A stretch of 64,000 bases of DNA from Methanothermococcus sp. SCGC AD-155-E23 (GCA_019561615.1 JAHEQA010000029.1:1-64000), one strand, 5' to 3'; counted from the stretch's first letter, positions 10,389-20,232 are shown. Translations and numbers: made by a program. The notes: generated by a model not told the origin, from the letters alone.

Positions 10389-11429
10389 TTGTTTAAAAGT
10401 TTAAAGGAGAAGCTTAACAAGGCTGTATCTAAATTAAGTGAGATGGTGTATTCCAAGGGGGGGAAAGAGGAGAAGGCTGAGAGTACACCAGAGGATGTGA
10501 AGAAGGAGGATAAAAGTATAGGTCTCTTAGATAGATTCAAGATAACTAAGACTATAAAGAGGGCCCTTGGAAAGGAGGTTGTATTAACTGAGGAGGATGT
10601 GGAGGAGGTTTTGGAGGAGTTGGAGTTGGAACTTTTAGAGGCAGATGTGGCTTACGAGGTTACTGAGAAACTTATACAATCCCTTAGGGATCAACTTGTG
10701 GGTAGAAGGATAGGACCTAACGAGGATCCTGAGGAGGTAATTAAGGAGGCCCTTAAAAAGGCTATAAAGGAGATCCTATCCCAGAAGAAAATAGATATCT
10801 ATAAGATTATCGAGGAGAAGAGGAAAAAAGGGGAACCTACAGTTATCCTCTTTGTGGGGATAAATGGAACTGGAAAGACTACCACCATAGCTAAACTTGC
10901 ATATCTTTTAAAGAAGAAGGGGTATTCTGTAGTTCTTGCGGCAGGAGATACCTTTAGAGCCGGTGCCATAGAGCAACTTGAGGAGCATGCCAGGAGGATA
11001 GGTGTCAAGGTAATAAAGCAGCAGAGAGGGGCTGACAGTGCAGCTGTAATCTACGATGCAATAGAACATGCAAAGGCTAGAGGAATAGATGTGGTACTGG
11101 CAGATACTGCAGGGCGACAGGCTACAAATGTAAACCTCATGGAGGAGATTAGGAAGGTTGTAAGGGTAACAAAACCTGACCTGGTGATATTCGTAGGGGA
11201 TGCCCTCACAGGTAACGACGCCATAGTTCAGGCCCAGGAGTTTAACAAGGTTGTGGATTTTGACGGTGTCATATTGACAAAGGTGGATGCAGATGCCAAG
11301 GGTGGTGCTGCACTCTCTATTGCCTACGCCATTGGGAAACCTATCCTATTCCTGGGAACTGGACAGGGATATGAAGACCTGGAGGAGTTCACTCCAGAGT
11401 GGATGATAGAGAAACTCTTTAAAGACTAA
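10389..11429 (+). CDS. ftsY: SRP receptor FtsY
   Basis: [29 protein letters not shown]; TTG start after GGTGA. Confidence 0.96.
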   Translation: MFKSLKEKLNKAVSKLSEMVYSKGGKEEKAESTPEDVKKEDKSIGLLDRFKITKTIKRALGKEVVLTEEDVEEVLEELELELLEADVAYEVTEKLIQSLRDQLVGRRIGPNEDPEEVIKEALKKAIKEILSQKKIDIYKIIEEKRKKGEPTVILFVGINGTGKTTTIAKLAYLLKKKGYSVVLAAGDTFRAGAIEQLEEHARRIGVKVIKQQRGADSAAVIYDAIEHAKARGIDVVLADTAGRQATNVNLMEEIRKVVRVTKPDLVIFVGDALTGNDAIVQAQEFNKVVDFDGVILTKVDADAKGGAALSIAYAIGKPILFLGTGQGYEDLEEFTPEWMIEKLFKD

Positions 11430-12707
11430 CTACTCCCCTCTACCATCCCCCAACAACTTAACGTAGAAGCCAACTTTTTTCCAGAGTTCCCTCTTAAGTA
11501 TGTTCCTGGTATCCATTACTATCTTATTTCTCATCAACCTGTATATTTCCTTAATCTCCTCCTCTTTGAAGTTTTTAAAATCCCTATGATCTGTTATAAC
11601 CAGGATGGCATCGGCATTTTTAACAGCGTCCCTTAAACTCTCCAGTGGATAATCAAAGGTCTTTACATAGGGGTCGTATATGGAGACAGAGATACCCTTG
11701 GAGAGGAGATACTCTATTACCTTCCTTCCAGGACTCTCCCTTGTATCCTCTACATTTCCCTTGTAGGCTACTCCAAATATGGCAACCTTTGCATTCTCTA
11801 TTCCCCTCCTCTCAAGCTCCTTGCAGAGGAGGTCGCAGACGTAGTAGGGCATACTGTCATTTAACTCCCTTGCACACCTTATAAGTTTTGCATTCTTAGA
11901 GACCTCCACTATAAACCAGGGGTCTACACTTATACAGTGCCCTCCCACTCCAGGACCAGGGTTGAGTATATTTACCCTGGGATGCTTATTGGCAAGAGCT
12001 ATGGCCTCCCATACATTTATATTAATCTCCTCGGAGATCTTTGCAAACTCATTGGCAAGGGCTATATTTACATCCCTGTAGATGTTCTCCATAAGTTTTA
12101 CCATCTCTGCGGTGGTGGAGTCAGTTATGTATATGTTTCCATCTACAAAGGAGGAGTATATCTCCTTCGCCAACTCTGCAGATTCCCTATTTACACCTCC
12201 AATAATCCTGTCGTTCTCCACAAGTTCCTTTAGTATCTTACCAGGTAGCACCCTCTCGGGACAGTAGGCCATGTATATCTCTCTACCGTTGTTTAGGTAC
12301 TGGTATATTCTCTCGGTGGTTTTGGGAGGTACTGTACTCTCTATGATTATTAGATTTCCATCACGTAGATAGGGCTTTATACTCTCTATGGCGTTGTAGA
12401 CATAGGATAGGTCACATTTTGGGGAGTTGTTCACCCACTTTACAGGGGTAGGTACACATACAATATAGACATCTGCATCTTCGGGGGTAGTCTTCACCCT
12501 TAGATTACCAGAGTTTATAGCACCTCTTACAAGGGTCTTTAAACCAGGCTCCACTATATTTAAACTTCCCTCCTCTATACTTTTCACCCTCTCCCTGTCG
12601 ATGTCCACACCAACTACCTTGTATCCATGGTTTGCAAGCATGGAGGCGGTAGGTAGTCCAATATACCCCAATCCAATTACACATATCTTTCTTATTCTTT
12701 CTTCCAT
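11430..12707 (-). CDS. wecC: UDP-N-acetyl-D-mannosamine dehydrogenase
   Basis: [36 protein letters not shown]. Confidence 0.9.
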   Translation of the reverse strand: MEERIRKICVIGLGYIGLPTASMLANHGYKVVGVDIDRERVKSIEEGSLNIVEPGLKTLVRGAINSGNLRVKTTPEDADVYIVCVPTPVKWVNNSPKCDLSYVYNAIESIKPYLRDGNLIIIESTVPPKTTERIYQYLNNGREIYMAYCPERVLPGKILKELVENDRIIGGVNRESAELAKEIYSSFVDGNIYITDSTTAEMVKLMENIYRDVNIALANEFAKISEEININVWEAIALANKHPRVNILNPGPGVGGHCISVDPWFIVEVSKNAKLIRCARELNDSMPYYVCDLLCKELERRGIENAKVAIFGVAYKGNVEDTRESPGRKVIEYLLSKGISVSIYDPYVKTFDYPLESLRDAVKNADAILVITDHRDFKNFKEEEIKEIYRLMRNKIVMDTRNILKRELWKKVGFYVKLLGDGRGE

Positions 12708-12734
12708 TAGACCACCAGTTACTATCCTAACTTT

Positions 12735-14012
12735 TTATCTTAGATTGGAGTGGGAACACTCCTTAAAAAGTTTCCTGTAGAGGGGCTCTGCCCAGGAGGC
12801 CTCCAGGATTACACTGAGGAGTATGGTTATAAAGGTGGCTACAAGTATGGACCCTGCAATCTCATGAGGTGGGAGGTACTTGGTGATACTTGGAGGTATG
12901 AGATGGGAGTTGGTCTTTATTACACCGTATACCGTGGCAGATAGTGCTGCAGGTACTACACCCCTTGGACCCTCTAAGGCAAAGTATATCCTCTCCTTAA
13001 GGGGGATTGCAGGGGGTATGGAGGTGGCAATAAATACACCTAAGGGTCTTGCTATAAATATAGACCCTAGTGCACAGAGCAATCCAAAGATCCAGTACCT
13101 CTCAAGGATAACTAAACTGATACTAGCCCCTAGGAATATAAAGATCAGTATTCTAAATATTGTAGATAACTCCTCACAGAACTTTACCATACTTCTAATA
13201 TAGCTGGTCTTTTGATGGTACTTGGTAAGGGTGTTTCCCAGGTAGAGTCCCATAATAGCTACAGCCATAAAGCCACTTATCTCATAACCTGTTAAGGATG
13301 GGAATATCTCATCTCCAAAGTACCAGAGGAAAAGGGCCAACCCAATAAAGAGGGGTATAAGGTACTCCTTGAAGTCATACTTTAAAAACAACATCTCAAA
13401 GAGTTTTCCTCCCAGTATTCCTAAGATTATACCTCCTAAGGTAAGGGAGAGGAAGTTGAGGAGGGGGTTTAGGGACTTGGCCAATCCTAAATTGGCAAGG
13501 ACTATGTTGGTAAGTACTATACCTAGGGGGTCGTTGAATACACTCTCAGCCTCTAAGGTTATTGCCAGTTTTGGATCTATATCTGACTTTGAGAAGATGG
13601 GGATAAGGGTGGCAGGATCTGTTGCACAGGTTATTGACCCATAGAGATATCCCACTGGACTTAAAAGGGGTACTTTGAAGACAACGTTGTAAATAACACC
13701 TGAGACTAACATGGTAATAAGGAGTCCTATGGTGTCCAATTTTAACACTGTCTTTAAAACTTTTCTTAACACTATCCATCTCATCTCAAATGCTCCTCCA
13801 AGGAGGATCACTATAAGTCCTAAGTTGGCAATGTATTCAAAGATACTTTGGGCATGATCTGGAGGCACAATATTTAGAAAAGGTCCTACAATTAGTCCGA
13901 AGATAAGAAATAAGGGTATATCAGGTATCCCTAACTTCTCCCCCAACTTTGCAATAAATGTCCCTGAGATCAGTAGTAGGGCGAGGTATCCTATGGCAGC
14001 AGCTAACTCCAT
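12735..14012 (-). CDS. nhaP: Na+/H+ antiporter, CPA1/NhaP type
   Basis: ATDP, ESVFND, GPRGVV motifs; many TM helices. Confidence 0.9.
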   Translation of the reverse strand: MELAAAIGYLALLLISGTFIAKLGEKLGIPDIPLFLIFGLIVGPFLNIVPPDHAQSIFEYIANLGLIVILLGGAFEMRWIVLRKVLKTVLKLDTIGLLITMLVSGVIYNVVFKVPLLSPVGYLYGSITCATDPATLIPIFSKSDIDPKLAITLEAESVFNDPLGIVLTNIVLANLGLAKSLNPLLNFLSLTLGGIILGILGGKLFEMLFLKYDFKEYLIPLFIGLALFLWYFGDEIFPSLTGYEISGFMAVAIMGLYLGNTLTKYHQKTSYIRSMVKFCEELSTIFRILIFIFLGASISLVILERYWIFGLLCALGSIFIARPLGVFIATSIPPAIPLKERIYFALEGPRGVVPAALSATVYGVIKTNSHLIPPSITKYLPPHEIAGSILVATFITILLSVILEASWAEPLYRKLFKECSHSNLR

Positions 14013-14045
14013 AGAATCACCGTTATAGGGTGTAAATGGTTACTG

Positions 14046-15122
14046 TTATATTAATCTATCTTCCTTTAACTCCTTGTAAATGGTATCCAACCTTTTGGCA
14101 ACACCTTCCCAGGAGAATCTCCTTGAAAACTCCCTTCCATTTCTTCCCATTTTCTTTCTTAACTCCCTGTCATTAACAAGTATTTCTATTTTCTCCCTTA
14201 ACATCTCTACGTTGTTGGCCTCAAATAGAAAGCCGTTGTAGTTGTCACGGATCAACTCTGGGATACCTCCTACATTGGAACCTATAACACACTTTCCCGA
14301 GGCCATAGCCTCCAGTAACGTCATACCCAGTCCCTCAGAGGTTGAGGGAAGTACTAGGAAACTACACCTCCTAATATATTTGGCAACCTCCATCTGATCC
14401 TTTCTCCCTAGAAGTTGGATATTTTTAATCCCCTTTTTCTCAATATACTCTTTAACTTTACTGAAGAGGGGACCATCTCCTATAAACTTAAAGTCAAAGT
14501 CTATATTCTTAACAGCCTCTATTAAGGTATAGAGCCCCTTCTGAGGTACAAAGGAACCTACAAAGAGGCCGTAATCCTCATCTATCCCCTCGTCATAGAA
14601 TATTTTAAAATCTACCCCGTTGTATATCACCTCACTTTTATCCTGGTACTCCTTGGGAAGTTGTTCCTTTAGATATTTACTTACACAGATTATCCTGTCA
14701 CAGTATTTAAGGGCGTAATTAAAGAGTATCCTACCTAGGGGATGTTTAGATAGTAGTAGTACATCACTACCGTGAAGGGTTAATACATGGGGTATCCTGT
14801 ACTTCCTACTGAGAAGTGCACCTAAGAAACCCTGTGGAAATGCGTAATGGCTGTGAATGATCTCGATGTTGTATTTCTCTATCAGTTTTTTTCCTAGTAG
14901 GTATCCCATACAGGTGTAAGTTGGTCCCCTTATCCCTTTGATGTATCCTACCCTGTATACCCAGGTGTTAGGGGGTATTTTTTTCAATTCACCTTGGAAG
15001 TGGTAGTTGAGAATGTGGAAGTTATAAGGAGAGAGATGAATAAGATGCCTTATTATGTTGTCAACATGATAGGTTATTCCACCGGTGTAGGGATGGAATA
15101 TAGCTGGCATGAGGATATTCAT
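14046..15122 (-). CDS. Glycosyltransferase family 4
   Basis: HSHYAFPQG, TLHGSD, EGLGMTLLEAMASG (EX7E). Confidence 0.9.
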   Translation of the reverse strand: MNILMPAIFHPYTGGITYHVDNIIRHLIHLSPYNFHILNYHFQGELKKIPPNTWVYRVGYIKGIRGPTYTCMGYLLGKKLIEKYNIEIIHSHYAFPQGFLGALLSRKYRIPHVLTLHGSDVLLLSKHPLGRILFNYALKYCDRIICVSKYLKEQLPKEYQDKSEVIYNGVDFKIFYDEGIDEDYGLFVGSFVPQKGLYTLIEAVKNIDFDFKFIGDGPLFSKVKEYIEKKGIKNIQLLGRKDQMEVAKYIRRCSFLVLPSTSEGLGMTLLEAMASGKCVIGSNVGGIPELIRDNYNGFLFEANNVEMLREKIEILVNDRELRKKMGRNGREFSRRFSWEGVAKRLDTIYKELKEDRLI

Positions 15123-15246
15123 GATATCCCAGTTCTTATCCTTGGTGATTAGTGTATTTAGTAATGTTTTTTGAAGTTTTTGTATTTTTGAGGGGTTTTG
15201 AATGCTTGATAGGACCCCTACCGCCCCTTGAGGCTACCAGGGCCCA

Positions 15247-16028
15247 AGGTTTCACTATAAGAAATGAGGTTTATATTATAAGAAAAAATTGTGGGGTCTT
15301 GGAGGGGGGTGCGAAATGCGGAAGTTGTCAAGGAAGAGTCCCGGGAAAATCTCGAGGTTGACCTTCAGAAGTGGACGAAATCCGCACCTTAAGAGGGATT
15401 TTGTGACGCATTTCGCACCGGGGTTCAGGTATTCACTATAAGAAAATGGGAGAGGGGGTGCGAAATGCGTCAAGGGGTATATATACCCTGGGACGCAGGT
15501 ATATATATGGAATTGGGATTTTGGGAAGGTGGGTGAGAAAAAGTCCGGGGAAAATCTTTGAGGGGGTGCGGATTTCGCACCTGGGGTTCAACTTTTCATT
15601 ATAAGAAAATGGGATGGGAGGTGTAGTGCCACTTCCATCACTACTAAGGTTAACGGTGCAAGAGGAGGTTTCACTATAAGAAATGGGATTTATATTATAA
15701 GGAAAAAAGAGAGGTGGTGCGAAATGCGGAAGTTGCTGGAACACGAGTCCCGGGGAGATTTTCGAAAAGGTGCGGAATGCGCACCCCTAACCCTCATAAT
15801 CCTGGGGCAAAACCTTGCACAAGTGCGGATTTCGCACCCTCCATCCTCTTTTCTTATAGTGAATACTCTCCACCTGGTGCGAAATGCGTCCTGGGGTATA
15901 TATACCCTGGGACGCAGGTATATATATGGAATTGGGATTTTGGGAAGGTGGGTAGGAAAAAACCCGGGGAAAATCTTTGAGGGGGTGCGGATTTCGCACA
16001 GCCCTCAAGATTTTACATTATAAGAAAA
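15247..16028. repeat. Non-coding composite repeat array: 419-bp tandem duplication with three motif families
   Basis: 15457-15580 matches 15876-15999 (6 mismatches in 124). AGGTTTCACTATAAGAAATG occurs at 15247 and 15666. About 10 GGTGCGRAWTBCG boxes, 8 TATAAG(A/G)AA boxes and 4 CC(C/G)GGGRARAT boxes. Confidence 0.92.
15404..15472. repeat. 16-bp perfect inverted repeat enclosing a 37-bp spacer
   Basis: TGACGCATTTCGCACC (15404-15419) and GGTGCGAAATGCGTCA (15457-15472). Confidence 0.9.
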
Positions 16029-17141
16029 CTATCGTGTATATTCCTTTAACAACCTACCTAACCTCTCAAAGTCCTCCTCCCTATGACCCACGTTTATACT
16101 TACCCTTATCCTCTCAAGACCTCTAGGTACAGAGGGGTATCTTATCCCTGGGGCAAATATCCCCCTTTGAAGTAAATACTCTGAGATCTCCATAGTCCTC
16201 TCACCCAGTATAATGGGATATATAGGGGTTAAATTATCCACCTGGATAAGTTCATATCTCTTAAACACTCTATTTGCACACCTTATATTCTCCTGCAGCT
16301 TTCTAGTTAGATTCCCCTCCTCTATCAACTCCAAACTCTTAAGGACCCCAGAGACCACTGAAGGAGGTAGGGCAGTTGAGTATATGAAACTCCTGGAGGT
16401 GTTTATCAGGTACTCCACCACCTCCTCAATTCCACATACAAAACCCCCTAAACCTCCAAAGGCCTTGGATAGGGTACCTATCTGGATGATGTTATCTGAG
16501 GGTTTTAAGTTGAAGTGTTTCAAGGTACCCTTACCTCCCCCCAGTACTCCAGTGCCATGGGCGTCATCCACTATAACCACACCGTTGTACTCATCTGCAA
16601 CCTTCTTAATATCCTTCAAAGGTGCAATATCTCCATCCATGGAGAAGACCCCATCTGTAACAATAAAGATATTGTTATATCTCTTTCCCTTCTCCTCGAG
16701 AATACCCACTAAACTCTCCACACTACAGTGTTCGTATATCTCCACATCTGCCCTACTTAACCTACACCCGTCTATTATAGAGGCATGGTTTAACCTGTCA
16801 CTTAGGATGAGATCTCCCCTTTTACAGAGGGCACTTATAACCCCAAGGTTTGTGGAATATCCAGTGGGATATACTAGAGCCCTCTCAGTTTCTTTGAACT
16901 CTGCCAACCTCTCCTCTAAAATCTCATGGTTTATATTTCCAGAGGTTAACCTAGATCCTGTGGAACCTAGTCCGTACTTCAGTCCCTCCCTAGCAGCCTC
17001 TATTACCTCTGGATGTTTTGAGAGACAAAGGTAGTCATTTGAGGAGAAATCCAATACACCCTCTTCCTTCCTCCTTAAGTACCTGTACAGGTTATTCCTT
17101 TTGAGAAGTTCCAACTCCTCCCTTAATTTTAGCCTAAACAT
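16029..17141 (-). CDS. bioF: 8-amino-7-oxononanoate synthase
   Basis: FSSNDYL, NHASIIDG, VFSMDGD, DDAHG, GTLSKA (PLP lysine). Confidence 0.93.
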   Translation of the reverse strand: MFRLKLREELELLKRNNLYRYLRRKEEGVLDFSSNDYLCLSKHPEVIEAAREGLKYGLGSTGSRLTSGNINHEILEERLAEFKETERALVYPTGYSTNLGVISALCKRGDLILSDRLNHASIIDGCRLSRADVEIYEHCSVESLVGILEEKGKRYNNIFIVTDGVFSMDGDIAPLKDIKKVADEYNGVVIVDDAHGTGVLGGGKGTLKHFNLKPSDNIIQIGTLSKAFGGLGGFVCGIEEVVEYLINTSRSFIYSTALPPSVVSGVLKSLELIEEGNLTRKLQENIRCANRVFKRYELIQVDNLTPIYPIILGERTMEISEYLLQRGIFAPGIRYPSVPRGLERIRVSINVGHREEDFERLGRLLKEYTR

Positions 17142-17202
17142 GTTTTCTACCCAATTAAAATTATAAAAAATTAAAATATATAGTTACAATCATGGTGATA
17201 TC

Positions 17203-18159
17203 ATGAATTACAACAACCCCTACATCCCCCAAGAGATATATGAAATCCTAAGGAAACAACGTTATCAAATTAGGGACCACAGTGCAGTTAAACTATGTGG
17301 CTGGGTTAAGAAATCACTCCTGGAAAATAAGAGTTGCTACAAGTCAAAATTCTACGGTATAGAGACCCATAGATGTATACAGTGTACCCCCTCTGTCATC
17401 TGGTGCCAGCAGAGTTGTATATTCTGCTGGAGGGTTCTACCCTCAGATATAGGTATCTCTCAAATATCTTACGATAATATAAAGTGGAAGGAACCTGAGG
17501 AGGTGCTAGAGGATATCCTTGAAATGCATAGAAGGGTTGTAATGGGGTACAAGGGTATCTTAGACAGGATAGGTAGGGAGAAGTTTAAAGAACTATTAAA
17601 TCCAAGACATGTGGCTATATCCCTCTCTGGAGAACCTACCCTCTACCCCTACCTAGAGGAACTTATAAACCTCTTCCATAAAAGGGGCTTCTCTACCTTT
17701 GTGGTGTCCAACGGTATCTTAACTGAGGTTATCCAGGAGATTAACCCTACACAGCTTTACATCTCCCTTGACGCCTACGACTTGGAGAGTTATAGGAGGA
17801 TATGTAGGGGAAGGGAGGAGTACTGGCAGGCTATACTTGAGACCTTGGATACCCTAAGGTCCAAGGAGAGGACATGTATCAGGACTACACTTATAAGGGG
17901 GTACAACACCGATATCGAGAAGTTTATACCCCTCTACGAGAGGGCAGAGGTGCACTTCATAGAGTTAAAGTCCTATATGAATGTGGGATACTCCAGGAGG
18001 AGGTTAACCCTGGAGCATATGTTGAAACATGAGGAGATACTGGAACTTGCCAGGAGGGTGGAGGAACTCTCCCACTATAAACTGGAGGATGACTCTTTCG
18101 ATAGTAAGGTAGCCCTACTTGTAAATGAGGATAGGAGGATTGAGAGGTTTATAAAGTAA
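17203..18159 (+). CDS. taw1: 4-demethylwyosine synthase Taw1/TYW1
   Basis: HSAVKLCGW, CYKSKFYGIETHRC, CQQSCIFCWR, SLSGEPTLYP. Confidence 0.95.
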   Translation: MNYNNPYIPQEIYEILRKQRYQIRDHSAVKLCGWVKKSLLENKSCYKSKFYGIETHRCIQCTPSVIWCQQSCIFCWRVLPSDIGISQISYDNIKWKEPEEVLEDILEMHRRVVMGYKGILDRIGREKFKELLNPRHVAISLSGEPTLYPYLEELINLFHKRGFSTFVVSNGILTEVIQEINPTQLYISLDAYDLESYRRICRGREEYWQAILETLDTLRSKERTCIRTTLIRGYNTDIEKFIPLYERAEVHFIELKSYMNVGYSRRRLTLEHMLKHEEILELARRVEELSHYKLEDDSFDSKVALLVNEDRRIERFIK

Positions 18160-18982
18160 TTTTTATCCCAAGTTTGTCTACTCTTTTACGCCAGTTGATA
18201 GAACACATAATATAGAGTCCTTCATCAACAAGTTTTAGAATACTGTACCCATGGTTCTTTTCAAGTTTCTCAATTTCATCCTTGTAATTTTCAAGGTAAC
18301 TTTTAAGCACCTTCATCCATGTGATATATTTCTCATGGTCAATTCTGTCATATTTCGAGGGTCTTTTCAATCCTACCTGTTCAGCAATAGGGTTGTCAAG
18401 GAGAGGGAAATATGTAGGGGAAAATATATGGAGTATTTTGATAGTCCCTACTGGCTCATTCTTTCTTATCCCAGCTGATTTCAATCTCTCCTGCACCTGG
18501 TGGTAGATGTTTTTAACCTTTTCTTCCTCCAATCTCTGGTAGATAAGATGTTTATCTCTAAAATATTCAAAATGATTTTTTAATTCCCCAAGTTTATTCC
18601 CAATCCCTTCGAAGTAGTTCAAAAGGGAGAAATTATCCTTTTTTTCAAAATATTTCTTAAATCTCTGGAGGTTCCATGTGAAAAAATAGAAGGAAAGGGC
18701 AAAACCAACGTTGTCTTGCCTTTTATTTACTTCTTCTAATAGAAGGTATAATTCATTTTTTATTCTATCTAAATTTTTAATATAGAAGACTTCAAGATTA
18801 AGGTTATCTATAAGGTTGTAAATATTCTCCCTATCAGATTTTTCAACATTAAATTTTCCATCCTTAAACCACTCATCAACCCATTTTCTAGCTAGAGAGT
18901 ATGCAACATGTCTATTTTCAAAAATCTCAAATAAATCGTGAGAGGCTTTGATCCATTTAGTGAAATCCTCTTTACCAAGCAT
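18149..18982 (-). CDS. Hypothetical protein, low GC, with a possible DNA-glycosylase-like motif
   Basis: 277-aa ORF with GGAGG RBS; motif VGTIKILHIFSPTYFPLLDNPIA; more AT-rich than neighbours. Confidence 0.6.
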   Translation of the reverse strand: MLGKEDFTKWIKASHDLFEIFENRHVAYSLARKWVDEWFKDGKFNVEKSDRENIYNLIDNLNLEVFYIKNLDRIKNELYLLLEEVNKRQDNVGFALSFYFFTWNLQRFKKYFEKKDNFSLLNYFEGIGNKLGELKNHFEYFRDKHLIYQRLEEEKVKNIYHQVQERLKSAGIRKNEPVGTIKILHIFSPTYFPLLDNPIAEQVGLKRPSKYDRIDHEKYITWMKVLKSYLENYKDEIEKLEKNHGYSILKLVDEGLYIMCSINWRKRVDKLGIKITL

Positions 18983-19037
18983 TTTATCCTCCCTATATTT
19001 TAACTATGAGTAGTAAAGTAATTTTTATTAAAAGTTA

Positions 19038-20228
19038 ATGGGGGATACCATGGATATCCAGGAGTTAAAGGAGACTCTATCTAAAAACATGGACAAACTA
19101 CCTCTGGGATGTCAGTACTGTATTAGAGGTGAAAAACTAGTCCTATTTATCACAGGTCTATGTGACGAGAACTGCTACTACTGTCCAATATCTGAGAAGA
19201 GAAAGGGGAAGGATGTTATCTACGCCAACGAGAGGAGGATAAATTCTATCGAGGAATGTATAGAGGAGTGTATCCTATGTGGAAGTAAGGGGGCAGGTAT
19301 CACAGGGGGTAATCCACTACTTAGGTTGGAGAGGACCTGTAAATACATGAAGGCACTTAAAGAGAGATTTGGCCCCTCCTTTCATATACATCTCTATACC
19401 ACACCTACCTACATAGACGAGGATAAACTTAAGGCACTAAAGGAAGCTGGGTTAGATGAGATAAGGATACATCCCACCAAGTACTTTAACGAGTATTATG
19501 GAGAGGGTAAAGAGAAGGAGAGGAAGGAGTACGTGAAGTACCTGGTGGACACCCTTAAACTCTGTATGAAGTATATAAAAGATGTAGTGGTGGAGATACC
19601 CTCTATCCCAAACTACGAGAAGGAGATCATCTATCTAGGAGAGGCTATTGAGAGGGCTGGAGTTAGGTACTTAAATATAAATCAACTGGAGTACTCCGAG
19701 ACCAACTACCAATCCCTTAGAGAGATGGGATTTGTGGAGAAAAACGACTACACCTCTGAGATACTGGGAAGTGAGGAAACTGCCAGGAAGGTAGTTGAGT
19801 ACTTCAGGAAAAAGGGATCTAAACTAATGGTACACTACTGTCCCTCTGTGTTAAAGGACGGTATACAGATGAAGAACAGGTTACTTAAAAGGGCCGAGAA
19901 TGTTGCAAAGGATTACGAAGTAATTACAGAGGAGGGTCTCCTGGTAAGGGGTGTGGTCTCCTTTAGAAATCTCAGGGATGTTAAGGATCTACTGAAGATA
20001 CTGGAGTACAACCAGGTACCCTACGAGATAGACCTGGATAAAAAAAGTATCTATCTAAATCCCTACATTTTAGAGGAGATAGTGGAGATGTTAAAGGAGA
20101 GGGGGTACAGGTTTAAATTTAGCGCCTATATCTCCGAGAGGTATCCTACAGTGGATGGTCTAGAGGTGGAGAGGATTCCTCTAGTTGTGGAGAGGAGAAG
20201 TTTAAGGGATATAAGAAGGGGAACGTGA
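19038..20228 (+). CDS. Uncharacterised archaeal radical SAM protein
   Basis: GCQYC followed by CDENCYYC; ITGGNP; HLYT. Confidence 0.85.
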   Translation: MGDTMDIQELKETLSKNMDKLPLGCQYCIRGEKLVLFITGLCDENCYYCPISEKRKGKDVIYANERRINSIEECIEECILCGSKGAGITGGNPLLRLERTCKYMKALKERFGPSFHIHLYTTPTYIDEDKLKALKEAGLDEIRIHPTKYFNEYYGEGKEKERKEYVKYLVDTLKLCMKYIKDVVVEIPSIPNYEKEIIYLGEAIERAGVRYLNINQLEYSETNYQSLREMGFVEKNDYTSEILGSEETARKVVEYFRKKGSKLMVHYCPSVLKDGIQMKNRLLKRAENVAKDYEVITEEGLLVRGVVSFRNLRDVKDLLKILEYNQVPYEIDLDKKSIYLNPYILEEIVEMLKERGYRFKFSAYISERYPTVDGLEVERIPLVVERRSLRDIRRGT

Positions 20229-20232
20229 TACC

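Noticed and set aside
15152-16023. Six overlapping short ORFs in the repeat array
   Set aside because: They occur on both strands, translate the DNA repeats, and have no recognisable domain; most likely spurious.
15247-16028. Array as a CRISPR locus
   Set aside because: No identical 24-47 bp repeats with unique, regularly sized spacers; motifs occur in both orientations; no cas genes.
15247-16028. Array as tRNA, rRNA, SRP or RNase P RNA
   Set aside because: No cloverleaf, T-loop or other recognisable conserved motif of those RNAs.
16213-17034. 273-aa ORF antisense to bioF, and similar antisense ORFs throughout the window
   Set aside because: Shadow ORFs produced by codon bias of the well-supported genes on the opposite strand.
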